Positions 38,047-46,106 of a stretch of DNA of 46,106 nt are shown one piece after another. Each line of letters begins with the position of its first letter. The first letter of the stretch is position 1. Made by a program: the position numbers and the translations under genes. The notes below the pieces were generated by a model that worked only from the letters and a program-made list of their open reading frames with translations, was not told the origin of the DNA and ran no database searches. The stretch is from a virus (lineage: Duplodnaviria; Heunggongvirae; Uroviricota; Caudoviricetes), in the IMG/VR virus record IMGVR_UViG_2939127364_000005; one strand, 5' to 3'.

Positions 38047-38370
38047 ATGGATGCACAAACACGCCGCCGCGAACGTCGCGCAGAGAAACAGGCTCAATGG
38101 AAAGCAGCAAATCCCCTGTTGGTTGGGGTAAGCGCAAAACCAGTTAACCGCCCTATTCTCTCGCTGAATCGCAAACCGAAATCACGAGTAGAAAGCGCAC
38201 TAAATCCGATAGACCTTACAGTGCTGGCTGAATACCACAAACAGATTGAAAGCAACCTGCAACGTATTGAGCGCAAGAATCAGCGCACATGGTACAGCAA
38301 GCCTGGCGAACGCGGCATAACATGCAGTGGACGCCAGAAAATTAAGGGAAAATCGATTCCTCTTACCTAG
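38047..38370 (+). CDS. N: Antitermination protein N (107 aa from MDAQTRRRERRAEKQAQWKAAN)
   Basis: Matches lambda N including the arginine-rich boxB-binding motif. Confidence 0.9.
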   Translation: MDAQTRRRERRAEKQAQWKAANPLLVGVSAKPVNRPILSLNRKPKSRVESALNPIDLTVLAEYHKQIESNLQRIERKNQRTWYSKPGERGITCSGRQKIKGKSIPLT

Positions 38371-38922
38371 TTACTTAGATATTGGCCTTGGCTTTATCTC
38401 AATATTATATGGATCATAGCTGGCAACTAATTCAGTCCAGTAAATATCCTCAATAGGGAATAATATATGCTTCCCGTTCCATCGGGAAAAAGTTTTGTTC
38501 AACACACCAAGCTCAATCAACTCACTAATGTATGGGAATTGTTTTGATGTAACCACATACTTCCTGCCTTCATTAAGGGCTGCGCACAAAACCATAGATT
38601 GCTCTTCTGTAAGGTTTTGAATTACTGATCGCACTTTATCGTTTTGCATCTTAATGCGTTTTCTTAGCTTAAATCGCTTATATCTGGCGCTGGCAATAGC
38701 TGATAATCGATGCACATTAATTGCTAGCGAAAATGCAAGAGCAAAGACGAAAACATGCCACACATGAGGAATACCGATTCTCTCATTAACATATTCAGGC
38801 CAGTTATCTGGGCTTAAAAGCAGAAGTCCAACCCAGATAACGATCATATACATGGTTCTCTCCAGAGGTTCATTACTGAACACTCGTCCGAGAATAACGA
38901 GTGGATCCATTTCTATACTCAT
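38371..38922 (-). CDS. sieB: Superinfection exclusion protein SieB (183 aa from MSIEMDPLV)
   Basis: Matches lambda SieB as recalled; convergent with and abutting N. Confidence 0.85.
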   Translation of the reverse strand: MSIEMDPLVILGRVFSNEPLERTMYMIVIWVGLLLLSPDNWPEYVNERIGIPHVWHVFVFALAFSLAINVHRLSAIASARYKRFKLRKRIKMQNDKVRSVIQNLTEEQSMVLCAALNEGRKYVVTSKQFPYISELIELGVLNKTFSRWNGKHILFPIEDIYWTELVASYDPYNIEIKPRPISK

Positions 38923-39049
38923 CAAACTGTAGGGGTTGTAATAGTTTATCCGATTTCTCGCTGTAGGGGTACACGAGAACCACCGAGCCTGATGTGGTTA
39001 AAAGACAGGCACAATCTTTACTACCGCAATCCACTATTTAAGGTGATAT

Positions 39050-39136
39050 ATGGAAGAAGAATTTGAAGAGTTCGAAGAGCATCCTCAGGATGTGATGGAA
39101 CAATACCAGGACTATCCGTATGACTACGACTATTGA
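39050..39136 (+). CDS. Small acidic ORF (28 aa, MEEEFEEFEEHPQDVMEQYQDYPYDYDY), lambda orf28-like
   Basis: Same position and size as lambda orf28 upstream of ral; overlaps the ral start. Confidence 0.45.
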   Translation: MEEEFEEFEEHPQDVMEQYQDYPYDYDY

Positions 39137-39320
39137 TAAAAATCAATGGTGTGGACAATTCAAGCGATGCAATGGATGCAAGCTGCAATCGGAATACATG
39201 GTTAAGCCTGAAGAAATGTTTCCTGTAATGGAAGATGGGAAATATGTCGATAAATGGGCAATACGAACGACGGCAATGATTGCCAGAGAACTTGGTAAAC
39301 AGAACAACAAAGCTGCCTGA
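39120..39320 (+). CDS. ral: Restriction alleviation protein Ral (66 aa)
   Basis: MTTTIDKNQWCGQFKRCNGCKLQSEYMVKPEEMFPVMEDGKYVDKWAIRTTAMIARELGKQNNKAA matches lambda Ral as recalled. Confidence 0.9.
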   Translation: MTTTIDKNQWCGQFKRCNGCKLQSEYMVKPEEMFPVMEDGKYVDKWAIRTTAMIARELGKQNNKAA

Positions 39321-39456
39321 TAGTGGCCTTTATTTTTGGCATAAATAACAGAATAAACACTGCACTGTGTATTCATTCCAACGAGTGAATACACGGAGCA
39401 ATGTCGCTCGTAACTAAACAGGAGCCGACTTGTTCTGATTATTGGAAATCTTCTTT

Positions 39457-39483
39457 GCCCTCCAATGTGAGGGCGATTTTTTA
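39457..39483 (+). terminator. Rho-independent terminator in the pL operon (GCCCTC-CAATGT-GAGGGC then GATTTTTTA), between ral and ea10
   Basis: Hairpin plus T-run read from sequence. Confidence 0.6.
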
Positions 39484-39502
39484 TCTGTGAGGATATGAAC
39501 AG

Positions 39503-39871
39503 ATGTCAAACATCAAAAAATACATCATTGATTACGACTGGAAAGCATCAATAGAAATTGAAATCGACCATGACGTAATGACAGAGGAAAAACTTCACCA
39601 GATTAATAATTTCTGGTCAGACTCTGAATACCGACTCAATAAACACGGCTCTTTATTAAATGCTGTATTAATCATGCTGGCGCAACATGCTCTGCTTATA
39701 GCAATTTCGAAAGACTTAAATGCATATGGTGTTGTTTGTGAGTTCGACTGGGATGATGGAAATGGTCAGGAAGGATGGCCTCCAATGGATGGTAGTGAAG
39801 GAATAAGAATTACCGATATCGATACATCAGGAATATTTGATTCAGATGATATGACTATCAAGGCCGCCTGA
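39503..39871 (+). CDS. ea10: Ea10 (122 aa)
   Basis: Position between ral and cIII and length (369 bp) match lambda ea10 as recalled. Confidence 0.7.
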   Translation: MSNIKKYIIDYDWKASIEIEIDHDVMTEEKLHQINNFWSDSEYRLNKHGSLLNAVLIMLAQHALLIAISKDLNAYGVVCEFDWDDGNGQEGWPPMDGSEGIRITDIDTSGIFDSDDMTIKAA

Positions 39872-39943
39872 GTGCGGTTTTACCGCATACCAATAACGCT
39901 TCACTCGAGGCGTTTTTCGTTATGTATAAATAAGGAGCACACC

Positions 39944-40108
39944 ATGCAATATGCCATTGCAGGGTGGCCTGTTGCTGGCTGCCCTTCCGAATCTTTACTT
40001 GAACGAATCACCCGTAAATTACGTGACGGATGGAAACGCCTTATCGACATACTTAATCAGCCAGGAGTCCCAAAGAATGGATCAAACACTTATGGCTATC
40101 CAGACTAA
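39944..40108 (+). CDS. cIII: cIII (54 aa from MQYAIAGWPVAG), FtsH inhibitor
   Basis: [54 protein letters not shown] matches lambda cIII as recalled. Confidence 0.9.
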   Translation: MQYAIAGWPVAGCPSESLLERITRKLRDGWKRLIDILNQPGVPKNGSNTYGYPD

Positions 40109-40220
40109 ATTCACTATCGCCACTTTTATTGGCGATGAAAAGATGTTTCGTGAAGCCGTCGACGCTTATAAAAAATGGATATTAATGCTGAAACTGAGAT
40201 CAAGCAAAAGCATTCACTAA
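40077..40220 (+). CDS. kil: Kil (47 aa from [10 protein letters not shown]), host-killing FtsZ inhibitor
   Basis: [47 protein letters not shown] matches lambda Kil as recalled. Confidence 0.85.
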   Translation: MDQTLMAIQTKFTIATFIGDEKMFREAVDAYKKWILMLKLRSSKSIH

Positions 40221-40591
40221 CCCCCTTTCCTGTTTTCCTAATCAGCCTGGCATTTCGCGGGCGATATTTTCACAGCTATTTCAGGAGTTCAGCCATGAAC
40301 GCTTATTACATTCAGGATCGTCTTGAGGCTCAGAGCTGGGCGCGTCACTACCAGCAGATCGCCCGTGAAGAGAAAGAGGCAGAACTGGCAGACGACATGG
40401 AAAAAGGCCTGCCCCAGCACCTGTTTGAATCGCTATGCATCGATCATTTGCAACGCCACGGGGCCAGCAAAAAAGCCATTACCCGTGCGTTTGATGACGA
40501 TGTTGAGTTTCAGGAGCGCATGGCAGAACACATCCGGTACATGGTTGAAACCATTGCTCACCATCAGGTTGATATTGATTCAGAGGTATAA
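40175..40591 (+). CDS. gam: Gam (138 aa), RecBCD inhibitor
   Basis: Matches lambda Gam as recalled. Confidence 0.9.
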   Translation: MDINAETEIKQKHSLTPFPVFLISLAFRGRYFHSYFRSSAMNAYYIQDRLEAQSWARHYQQIAREEKEAELADDMEKGLPQHLFESLCIDHLQRHGASKKAITRAFDDDVEFQERMAEHIRYMVETIAHHQVDIDSEV

Positions 40592-40596
40592 AACGG

Positions 40597-41382
40597 ATGA
40601 GTACAGCACTCGCAACGCTGGCTGGGAAGCTGGCTGAACGTGTCGGCATGGATTCTGTCGACCCACAGGAACTGATCACCACTCTTCGCCAGACGGCATT
40701 TAAAGGCGATGCCAGCGATGCGCAGTTCATCGCATTGTTGATCGTCGCCAACCAGTACGGCCTTAATCCGTGGACGAAAGAAATTTACGCCTTCCCTGAT
40801 AAGCAGAACGGCATCGTTCCGGTGGTGGGCGTTGATGGCTGGTCCCGCATCATCAATGAAAACCAGCAGTTTGATGGCATGGACTTTGAGCAGGACAATG
40901 AATCCTGCACATGCCGGATTTACCGCAAGGACCGTAATCATCCGATCTGCGTTACCGAGTGGATGGATGAATGCCGCCGCGAACCATTCAAAACCCGCGA
41001 AGGCAGAGAAATCACGGGGCCGTGGCAGTCGCATCCCAAACGGATGTTACGTCATAAAGCCATGATTCAGTGTGCCCGTCTGGCCTTCGGATTTGCTGGT
41101 ATCTATGACAAGGATGAAGCCGAGCGCATTGTCGAAAATACCGCATACACTGCAGAACGTCAGCCGGAACGCGACATCACTCCGGTTAACGATGAAACCA
41201 TGCAGGAGATTAACACTCTGCTGATTGCCCTGGACAAAACATGGGATGACGACTTATTGCCGCTCTGTTCCCAGATATTTCGCCGCGACATTCGCGCATC
41301 GTCAGAACTGACACAGGCCGAAGCAGTGAAAGCTCTTGGATTCCTGAAACAGAAAGCCTCTGAACAGAAGGTGGCTGCATGA
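40597..41382 (+). CDS. bet: Bet (261 aa), single-strand annealing recombinase
   Basis: Matches lambda Bet as recalled. Confidence 0.9.
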   Translation: MSTALATLAGKLAERVGMDSVDPQELITTLRQTAFKGDASDAQFIALLIVANQYGLNPWTKEIYAFPDKQNGIVPVVGVDGWSRIINENQQFDGMDFEQDNESCTCRIYRKDRNHPICVTEWMDECRREPFKTREGREITGPWQSHPKRMLRHKAMIQCARLAFGFAGIYDKDEAERIVENTAYTAERQPERDITPVNDETMQEINTLLIALDKTWDDDLLPLCSQIFRRDIRASSELTQAEAVKALGFLKQKASEQKVAA

Positions 41383-42059
41383 CACCGGACATTATCCTGC
41401 AGCGTACCGGGATCGACGTGAGAGCTGTCGAACAGGGGGATGATGCGTGGCACAAATTACGGCTCGGCGTCATCACCGCTTCAGAAGTTCACAATGTGAT
41501 AGCAAAACCCCGCTCCGGAAAGAAATGGCCTGACATGAAAATGTCCTACTTCCACACCCTGCTTGCCGAGGTTTGCACCGGTGTGGCTCCGGAAGTTAAC
41601 GCTAAGGCGCTGGCCTGGGGAAAACAGTACGAGAACGACGCCAGAGCCCTCTTTGAGTTCACTTCCGGCGTGAATGTTACTGAATCCCCGATCATCTATC
41701 GCGACGAAAGTATGCGCACCGCCTGCTCTCCCGATGGTTTATGCAGTGACGGCAATGGCCTTGAACTGAAATGCCCGTTTACCTCACGGGATTTCATGAA
41801 GTTCCGGCTCGGTGGTTTCGAGGCCATAAAATCGGCTTACATGGCCCAGGTGCAGTACAGCATGTGGGTGACACGAAAAGATGCCTGGTACTTTGCCAAC
41901 TATGACCCGCGTATGAAGCGTGAAGGCCTGCATTATGTCGTGATTGAGCGGGATGAAAAGTACATGGCGAGTTTTGACGAGATGGTGCCGGAGTTCATCG
42001 AAAAAATGGACGAGGCACTGGCTGAAATTGGTTTTGTATTTGGGGAGCAATGGCGATGA
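41379..42059 (+). CDS. exo: Exo (226 aa), 5'-3' exonuclease
   Basis: Matches lambda Exo as recalled. Confidence 0.9.
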   Translation: MTPDIILQRTGIDVRAVEQGDDAWHKLRLGVITASEVHNVIAKPRSGKKWPDMKMSYFHTLLAEVCTGVAPEVNAKALAWGKQYENDARALFEFTSGVNVTESPIIYRDESMRTACSPDGLCSDGNGLELKCPFTSRDFMKFRLGGFEAIKSAYMAQVQYSMWVTRKDAWYFANYDPRMKREGLHYVVIERDEKYMASFDEMVPEFIEKMDEALAEIGFVFGEQWR

Positions 42060-42238
42060 AGCATCCTCACGATAATATCCGGGTAGGCGCGATCACTTTC
42101 GTCTACTCCGTTACAAAGCGAGGCTGGGTATTTCCCGGCCTTTCTGTTATCCGAAATCCCCTGAAAGCACAGCGGCTGGCTGAGGAGATAAATAATAAAC
42201 GGGGAGCTGTATGCACAAAGCATCTCCCGTTGAGTTAA
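42050..42238 (+). CDS. Lambda orf60a-like small protein
   Basis: Position immediately after exo and size match lambda orf60a. Confidence 0.7.
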   Translation: MAMKHPHDNIRVGAITFVYSVTKRGWVFPGLSVIRNPLKAQRLAEEINNKRGAVCTKHLPLS

Positions 42239-42402
42239 GAACGAGTATCGAGATGGCACATAGCCTCGCTCAAATTGGAGTCAGGTTTGTGCCAATTCCA
42301 GTAGAAACAGACGAAGAATTTCATACGTTAGCCGCATCCCTTTCACAAAAGCTGGAAATGATGGTGGCGAAAGCAGAAGCAGATGAGAGAGACCAGGTAT
42401 GA
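42211..42402 (+). CDS. Lambda orf63-like small protein
   Basis: Position and size match lambda orf63. Confidence 0.7.
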   Translation: MHKASPVELRTSIEMAHSLAQIGVRFVPIPVETDEEFHTLAASLSQKLEMMVAKAEADERDQV

Positions 42403-42478
42403 CAACCACTGAATGCATTTTTCTGGTAGCGGGCTTCATATTCTGTGTGCTTATGCTTGCCGACATGGGACTTGTTCA

Positions 42479-42694
42479 ATGACACCTCAGCAAGAAAACG
42501 CCCTTCGCAGCATTGCCCGTCAGGCTAATTCTGAAATCAAAAAAGCCAGACAGCAGTTTCCGGATAAAAACGTCGATGACATTTGCCGTAGCGTACTGAA
42601 GAAGCACCGCGAAACGGTAACGCTGATGGGATTCACACCGACTCATTTAAGTCTGGCAATCGGTATGTTAAACGGCGCCTTTAAGGAACGGTGA
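42479..42694 (+). CDS. Lambda orf61-like small protein (start uncertain)
   Basis: Position matches lambda orf61; start taken at MTPQQENAL. Confidence 0.6.
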   Translation: MTPQQENALRSIARQANSEIKKARQQFPDKNVDDICRSVLKKHRETVTLMGFTPTHLSLAIGMLNGAFKER

Positions 42695-42792
42695 ACATGA
42701 AAAGCAAAATCCTCAGGGAGCTACAGGCTCCTTTTTTATTGTTCGCATTCACCCTCAAGCGTATTAACCAACAATTCAGGGATTAATGAAAG

Positions 42793-43011
42793 ATGGCAGA
42801 CATCATTGATTCAGCATCAGAAATTGAAGAATTACAGCGCAACACAGCAATAAAAATGCGCCGCCCGAACCACCAAGCTATATCTGCCACTCATTGTTGT
42901 GAGTGTGGCGATCCGATAGATGAACGAAGACGACTGGCCGTTCAGGGTTGTCGGACTTGTGCAAGTTGCCAGGAGGAGATCGAACTTAAGAACAAACAAT
43001 GGGGATTGTGA
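42793..43011 (+). CDS. TraR/DksA-family C4 zinc-finger protein (72 aa), at the position of lambda ea22
   Basis: CxxC-x17-CxxC arrangement (CECG...CASC) typical of TraR/DksA-type zinc fingers. Confidence 0.65.
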   Translation: MADIIDSASEIEELQRNTAIKMRRPNHQAISATHCCECGDPIDERRRLAVQGCRTCASCQEEIELKNKQWGL

Positions 43012-43057
43012 TGGCCTCAAAGCAGCAAATTTCAACATCACCAACTGAGGTGTAAAA

Positions 43058-43336
43058 ATGTTCAGAATCATTTTTCCTAACACCTGGTACGTCGACCACC
43101 ACGGCACTCCCTGCAAAATCCTGCGTTCTACCCACAACAAAGTTCACTACATCCGAAAAGGCAGAACATGTATCGCCAGCATGTTCCGCTTTAATCATGA
43201 CTTTGAACCTGTGAATAAAGCTGATGCAGATCGGATAGCAGAAGAGATCGAAACAGCAGAACACATTAAGAAGTTACGTGACATGCGTTCAAAAAGCAGA
43301 GGTAATCATGGAATCATACAGCCTCACACTCGATGA
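43058..43336 (+). CDS. Hypothetical protein (92 aa), at the position and of the size of lambda ea8.5
   Basis: Positional and length correspondence only; sequence not recognised. Confidence 0.45.
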   Translation: MFRIIFPNTWYVDHHGTPCKILRSTHNKVHYIRKGRTCIASMFRFNHDFEPVNKADADRIAEEIETAEHIKKLRDMRSKSRGNHGIIQPHTR

Positions 43337-43421
43337 GGCCTGTCAGTTTCTCAAGATATCCAGACCTACCATCGCCGCATCAATGCGGCTTTTTCTTGCG
43401 TGTAATTGCGGAGACTTTGCG

Positions 43422-43640
43422 ATGTACTTGACACTTCAGGAGTGGAACGCACGCCAGCGGCGCCCAAGAAGCCTTGAAACAGTTCGTCGATGGGTACGCG
43501 AGTGCAGGATATTCCCACCACCGATTAAGGACGGAAGAGAGTATTTGTTCCACGAATCAGCGGTAAAGGTTGACTTAAATCGACCAGTAACAGGTAGCCT
43601 TTTGAAGAGGATCAAAAATGGGAAGAAGGCGAAGTCATGA
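43422..43640 (+). CDS. xis: Excisionase Xis (72 aa from MYLTLQEWNARQRRPRSLETVRRW)
   Basis: Matches lambda Xis as recalled. Confidence 0.9.
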   Translation: MYLTLQEWNARQRRPRSLETVRRWVRECRIFPPPIKDGREYLFHESAVKVDLNRPVTGSLLKRIKNGKKAKS

Positions 43641-44688
43641 GCGCCGGGATTTACCCCCTAATCTTTATATAAGAAACAATGGATATTACTGCTACAGGGA
43701 CCCAAGGACGGGTAAAGAGTTTGGATTAGGTCGAGACAGGAGGATAGCAATCACTGAAGCTATACAGGCCAACATTGAGTTATTTTCAGGACACAAACAC
43801 AAGCCTCTGACAGCGAGAATCAACAGTGATAATTCTGTTACGTTACATTCATGGCTTGATCGCTACGAAAAAATCCTCGCCAGCAGAGGAATCAAGCAGA
43901 AGACACTCATAAATTACATGAGCAAAATTAAAGCAATAAGGAGGGGGCTGCCTGATGCTCCACTTGAAGACATCACCACAAAAGAAATTGCGGCAATGCT
44001 CAATGGATACATAGACGAGGGCAAGGCGGCGTCAGCCAAGTTAATCAGATCAACACTGAGCGATGCATTCCGAGAGGCAATAGCTGAAGGCCATATAACA
44101 ACAAACCCGGTCGCTGCCACTCGCGCAGCAAAATCAGAGGTAAGGAGATCAAGACTTACAGCTGATGAATACCTGAAAATTTATCAAGCAGCAGAATCAT
44201 CACCATGTTGGCTTAGACTTGCAATGGAATTGGCTGTTGTTACCGGGCAGCGAGTTGGTGATTTATGCGAAATGAAGTGGTCTGATATCGTAGATGGATA
44301 TCTTTATGTCGAGCAAAGCAAAACAGGCGTAAAAATTGCCATCCCAACAACATTGCATGTTGATGTTCTCGGGATATCAATGAAGGAAACACTTGATAAA
44401 TGCAAAAAGATTCTTGGCGGAGAAACCATAATTGCATCTACTCGTCGTGAACCGCTTTCATCCGGCACAGTATCAAGGTATTTTATGCGCGCACGAAAAG
44501 CATCAGGTCTTTCCTTCGAAGGGGATCCGCCTACCTTTCACGAGTTGCGCAGTTTGTCTGCAAGACTCTATGAGAAGCAGATAAGCGATAAGTTTGCTCA
44601 ACATCTTCTCGGGCATAAGTCGGACACCATGGCATCACAGTATCGTGATGACAGAGGCAGGGAGTGGGACAAAATTGAAATCAAATAA
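43618..44688 (+). CDS. int: Integrase Int (356 aa, tyrosine recombinase)
   Basis: MGRRRSHERRDLPPNLYIRNNGYYCYRDPRTGKEFGLGRDRRIAITEAIQ... matches lambda Int as recalled. Confidence 0.9.
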   Translation: MGRRRSHERRDLPPNLYIRNNGYYCYRDPRTGKEFGLGRDRRIAITEAIQANIELFSGHKHKPLTARINSDNSVTLHSWLDRYEKILASRGIKQKTLINYMSKIKAIRRGLPDAPLEDITTKEIAAMLNGYIDEGKAASAKLIRSTLSDAFREAIAEGHITTNPVAATRAAKSEVRRSRLTADEYLKIYQAAESSPCWLRLAMELAVVTGQRVGDLCEMKWSDIVDGYLYVEQSKTGVKIAIPTTLHVDVLGISMKETLDKCKKILGGETIIASTRREPLSSGTVSRYFMRARKASGLSFEGDPPTFHELRSLSARLYEKQISDKFAQHLLGHKSDTMASQYRDDRGREWDKIEIK

Positions 44689-44776
44689 TGATTTTATTTT
44701 GACTGATAGTGACCTGTTCGTTGCAACAAATTGATAAGCAATGCTTTTTTATAATGCCAACTTAGTATAAAAAAGC
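44689..44776. other. Prophage-host junction: lambda attP P' arm followed by the 15-bp att core (complement of GCTTTTTTATACTAA at 44762-44776), then host DNA
   Basis: Sequence is the reverse complement of the lambda P' arm and core as recalled; flanking gene is ybhC. Confidence 0.85.
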
Positions 44777-44822
44777 AGGCTTCAACGGATTCATTTTTCT
44801 ATTTCATAGCCCGGAGCAACCT

Positions 44823-46106
44823 GTGAACACATTTTCAGTTTCCCGTCTGGCGCTGGCATTGGCTTTTGGCGTGACGCTGACCGCCTGTAGCTCAACCCCG
44901 CCCGATCAACGTCCTTCTGATCAAACCGCGCCTGGTACCTCTTCTCGCCCGATTCTGTCGGCAAAAGAAGCGCAGAATTTCGATGCTCAACACTATTTTG
45001 CATCCCTGACACCAGGTGCTGCAGCGTGGAATCCTTCCCCGATTACCCTGCCTGCGCAACCTGACTTTGTTGTCGGCCCGGCGGGCACTCAAGGTGTAAC
45101 GCATACCACGATTCAGGCGGCGGTAGATGCGGCAATTATCAAGCGTACCAACAAGCGCCAGTATATTGCCGTGATGCCTGGTGAGTATCAGGGAACGGTA
45201 TATGTCCCTGCCGCTCCGGGTGGAATTACTCTGTACGGTACAGGTGAAAAACCGATTGATGTGAAGATTGGGCTTTCCCTTGATGGTGGCATGAGCCCTG
45301 CCGACTGGCGTCACGACGTCAACCCGCGCGGCAAATATATGCCAGGTAAACCAGCGTGGTATATGTACGATAGCTGCCAGAGCAAACGCAGCGACAGTAT
45401 CGGTGTTCTCTGCTCTGCGGTCTTCTGGTCACAAAACAATGGCCTGCAACTGCAAAATCTGACCATCGAAAACACGCTGGGCGATAGCGTAGATGCAGGT
45501 AACCATCCGGCGGTGGCACTGCGTACTGATGGTGACCAGGTACAGATTAACAACGTTAACATTCTCGGTCGTCAGAACACCTTCTTTGTCACCAACAGCG
45601 GTGTGCAGAACCGTCTGGAAACGAATCGTCAGCCGCGTACGCTGGTGACCAACAGCTACATTGAAGGGGATGTGGATATCGTTTCTGGTCGCGGCGCAGT
45701 GGTGTTCGATAACACCGAATTCCGCGTGGTGAACTCACGTACTCAGCAAGAAGCGTATGTGTTTGCACCGGCTACGCTGTCCAACATTTACTACGGTTTC
45801 CTCGCCGTAAACAGCCGTTTCAATGCTTTCGGTGATGGTGTGGCGCAACTGGGCCGCTCGCTGGATGTTGATGCCAATACCAACGGTCAGGTGGTGATCC
45901 GTGATAGCGCCATCAACGAAGGTTTTAACACGGCTAAACCGTGGGCCGATGCGGTGATCTCTAATCGTCCGTTTGCGGGTAATACCGGCAGCGTAGATGA
46001 TAACGACGAAATACAGCGCAATCTGAATGACACTAACTACAACCGCATGTGGGAATACAATAACCGCGGCGTGGGTAGTAAAGTGGTTGCAGAGGCGAAG
46101 AAGTAA
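44823..46106 (+). CDS. ybhC: Host gene: YbhC, pectinesterase-family outer-membrane lipoprotein (427 aa, GTG start, lipobox LTAC)
   Basis: Matches E. coli YbhC as recalled; ybhC flanks att-lambda in E. coli. Confidence 0.85.
   Translation: MNTFSVSRLALALAFGVTLTACSSTPPDQRPSDQTAPGTSSRPILSAKEAQNFDAQHYFASLTPGAAAWNPSPITLPAQPDFVVGPAGTQGVTHTTIQAAVDAAIIKRTNKRQYIAVMPGEYQGTVYVPAAPGGITLYGTGEKPIDVKIGLSLDGGMSPADWRHDVNPRGKYMPGKPAWYMYDSCQSKRSDSIGVLCSAVFWSQNNGLQLQNLTIENTLGDSVDAGNHPAVALRTDGDQVQINNVNILGRQNTFFVTNSGVQNRLETNRQPRTLVTNSYIEGDVDIVSGRGAVVFDNTEFRVVNSRTQQEAYVFAPATLSNIYYGFLAVNSRFNAFGDGVAQLGRSLDVDANTNGQVVIRDSAINEGFNTAKPWADAVISNRPFAGNTGSVDDNDEIQRNLNDTNYNRMWEYNNRGVGSKVVAEAKK

Overview
The window is almost entirely one lambda-type (lambdoid) prophage, shown in inverted orientation, ending at its int-proximal attachment site next to host gene ybhC (the E. 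coli att-lambda locus). Reading the + strand: tfa, stf, lom, J, then the lambda tail genes I-K-L-M-H-T/G-V-U-Z, head genes FII-FI-E-D-C/Nu3-B-W-A-Nu1, cos, a phage-21-type lysis cassette (Rz/Rz1, SAR endolysin, pinholin), two tRNA genes, Q, a nin region, ren-P-O with ori iterons, cII, cro, OR/PR/PRM, cI, a non-rex gene at the rexAB position, OL/pL, nutL, N, sieB, ral, ea10, cIII, kil, gam, bet, exo, small ORFs, xis, int, att core, ybhC. Two insertion sequences interrupt lytic functions: an IS3-family element (about 1258 bp, 3-bp target duplication CTT) splits tail-tip gene J, and IS5 (1195 bp, 4-bp duplication TTAG) splits cro between PR and the early-right operon, while cI and the operators remain intact. 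The prophage is mosaic relative to lambda as I recall it: different lysis cassette, tRNAs after Q, a Rha-family gene where bor would be, a Dam-type methyltransferase in the nin region, a TraR-like zinc-finger gene at the ea22 position, a long StfR-like side tail fibre and a diverged J C-terminus. The best candidate for an undescribed function is the 301-aa gene directly downstream of cI in place of rexAB, which has a KilA-N/Bro-N-like N-terminal motif and an uncharacterised C-terminal half; I think it may be a BstA-like repressor-linked defence gene but cannot confirm that without a search. All protein identifications rest on my recollection of lambda and E. coli proteins against the supplied ORF translations; non-ORF coordinates were hand-counted and may be off by a base or two.
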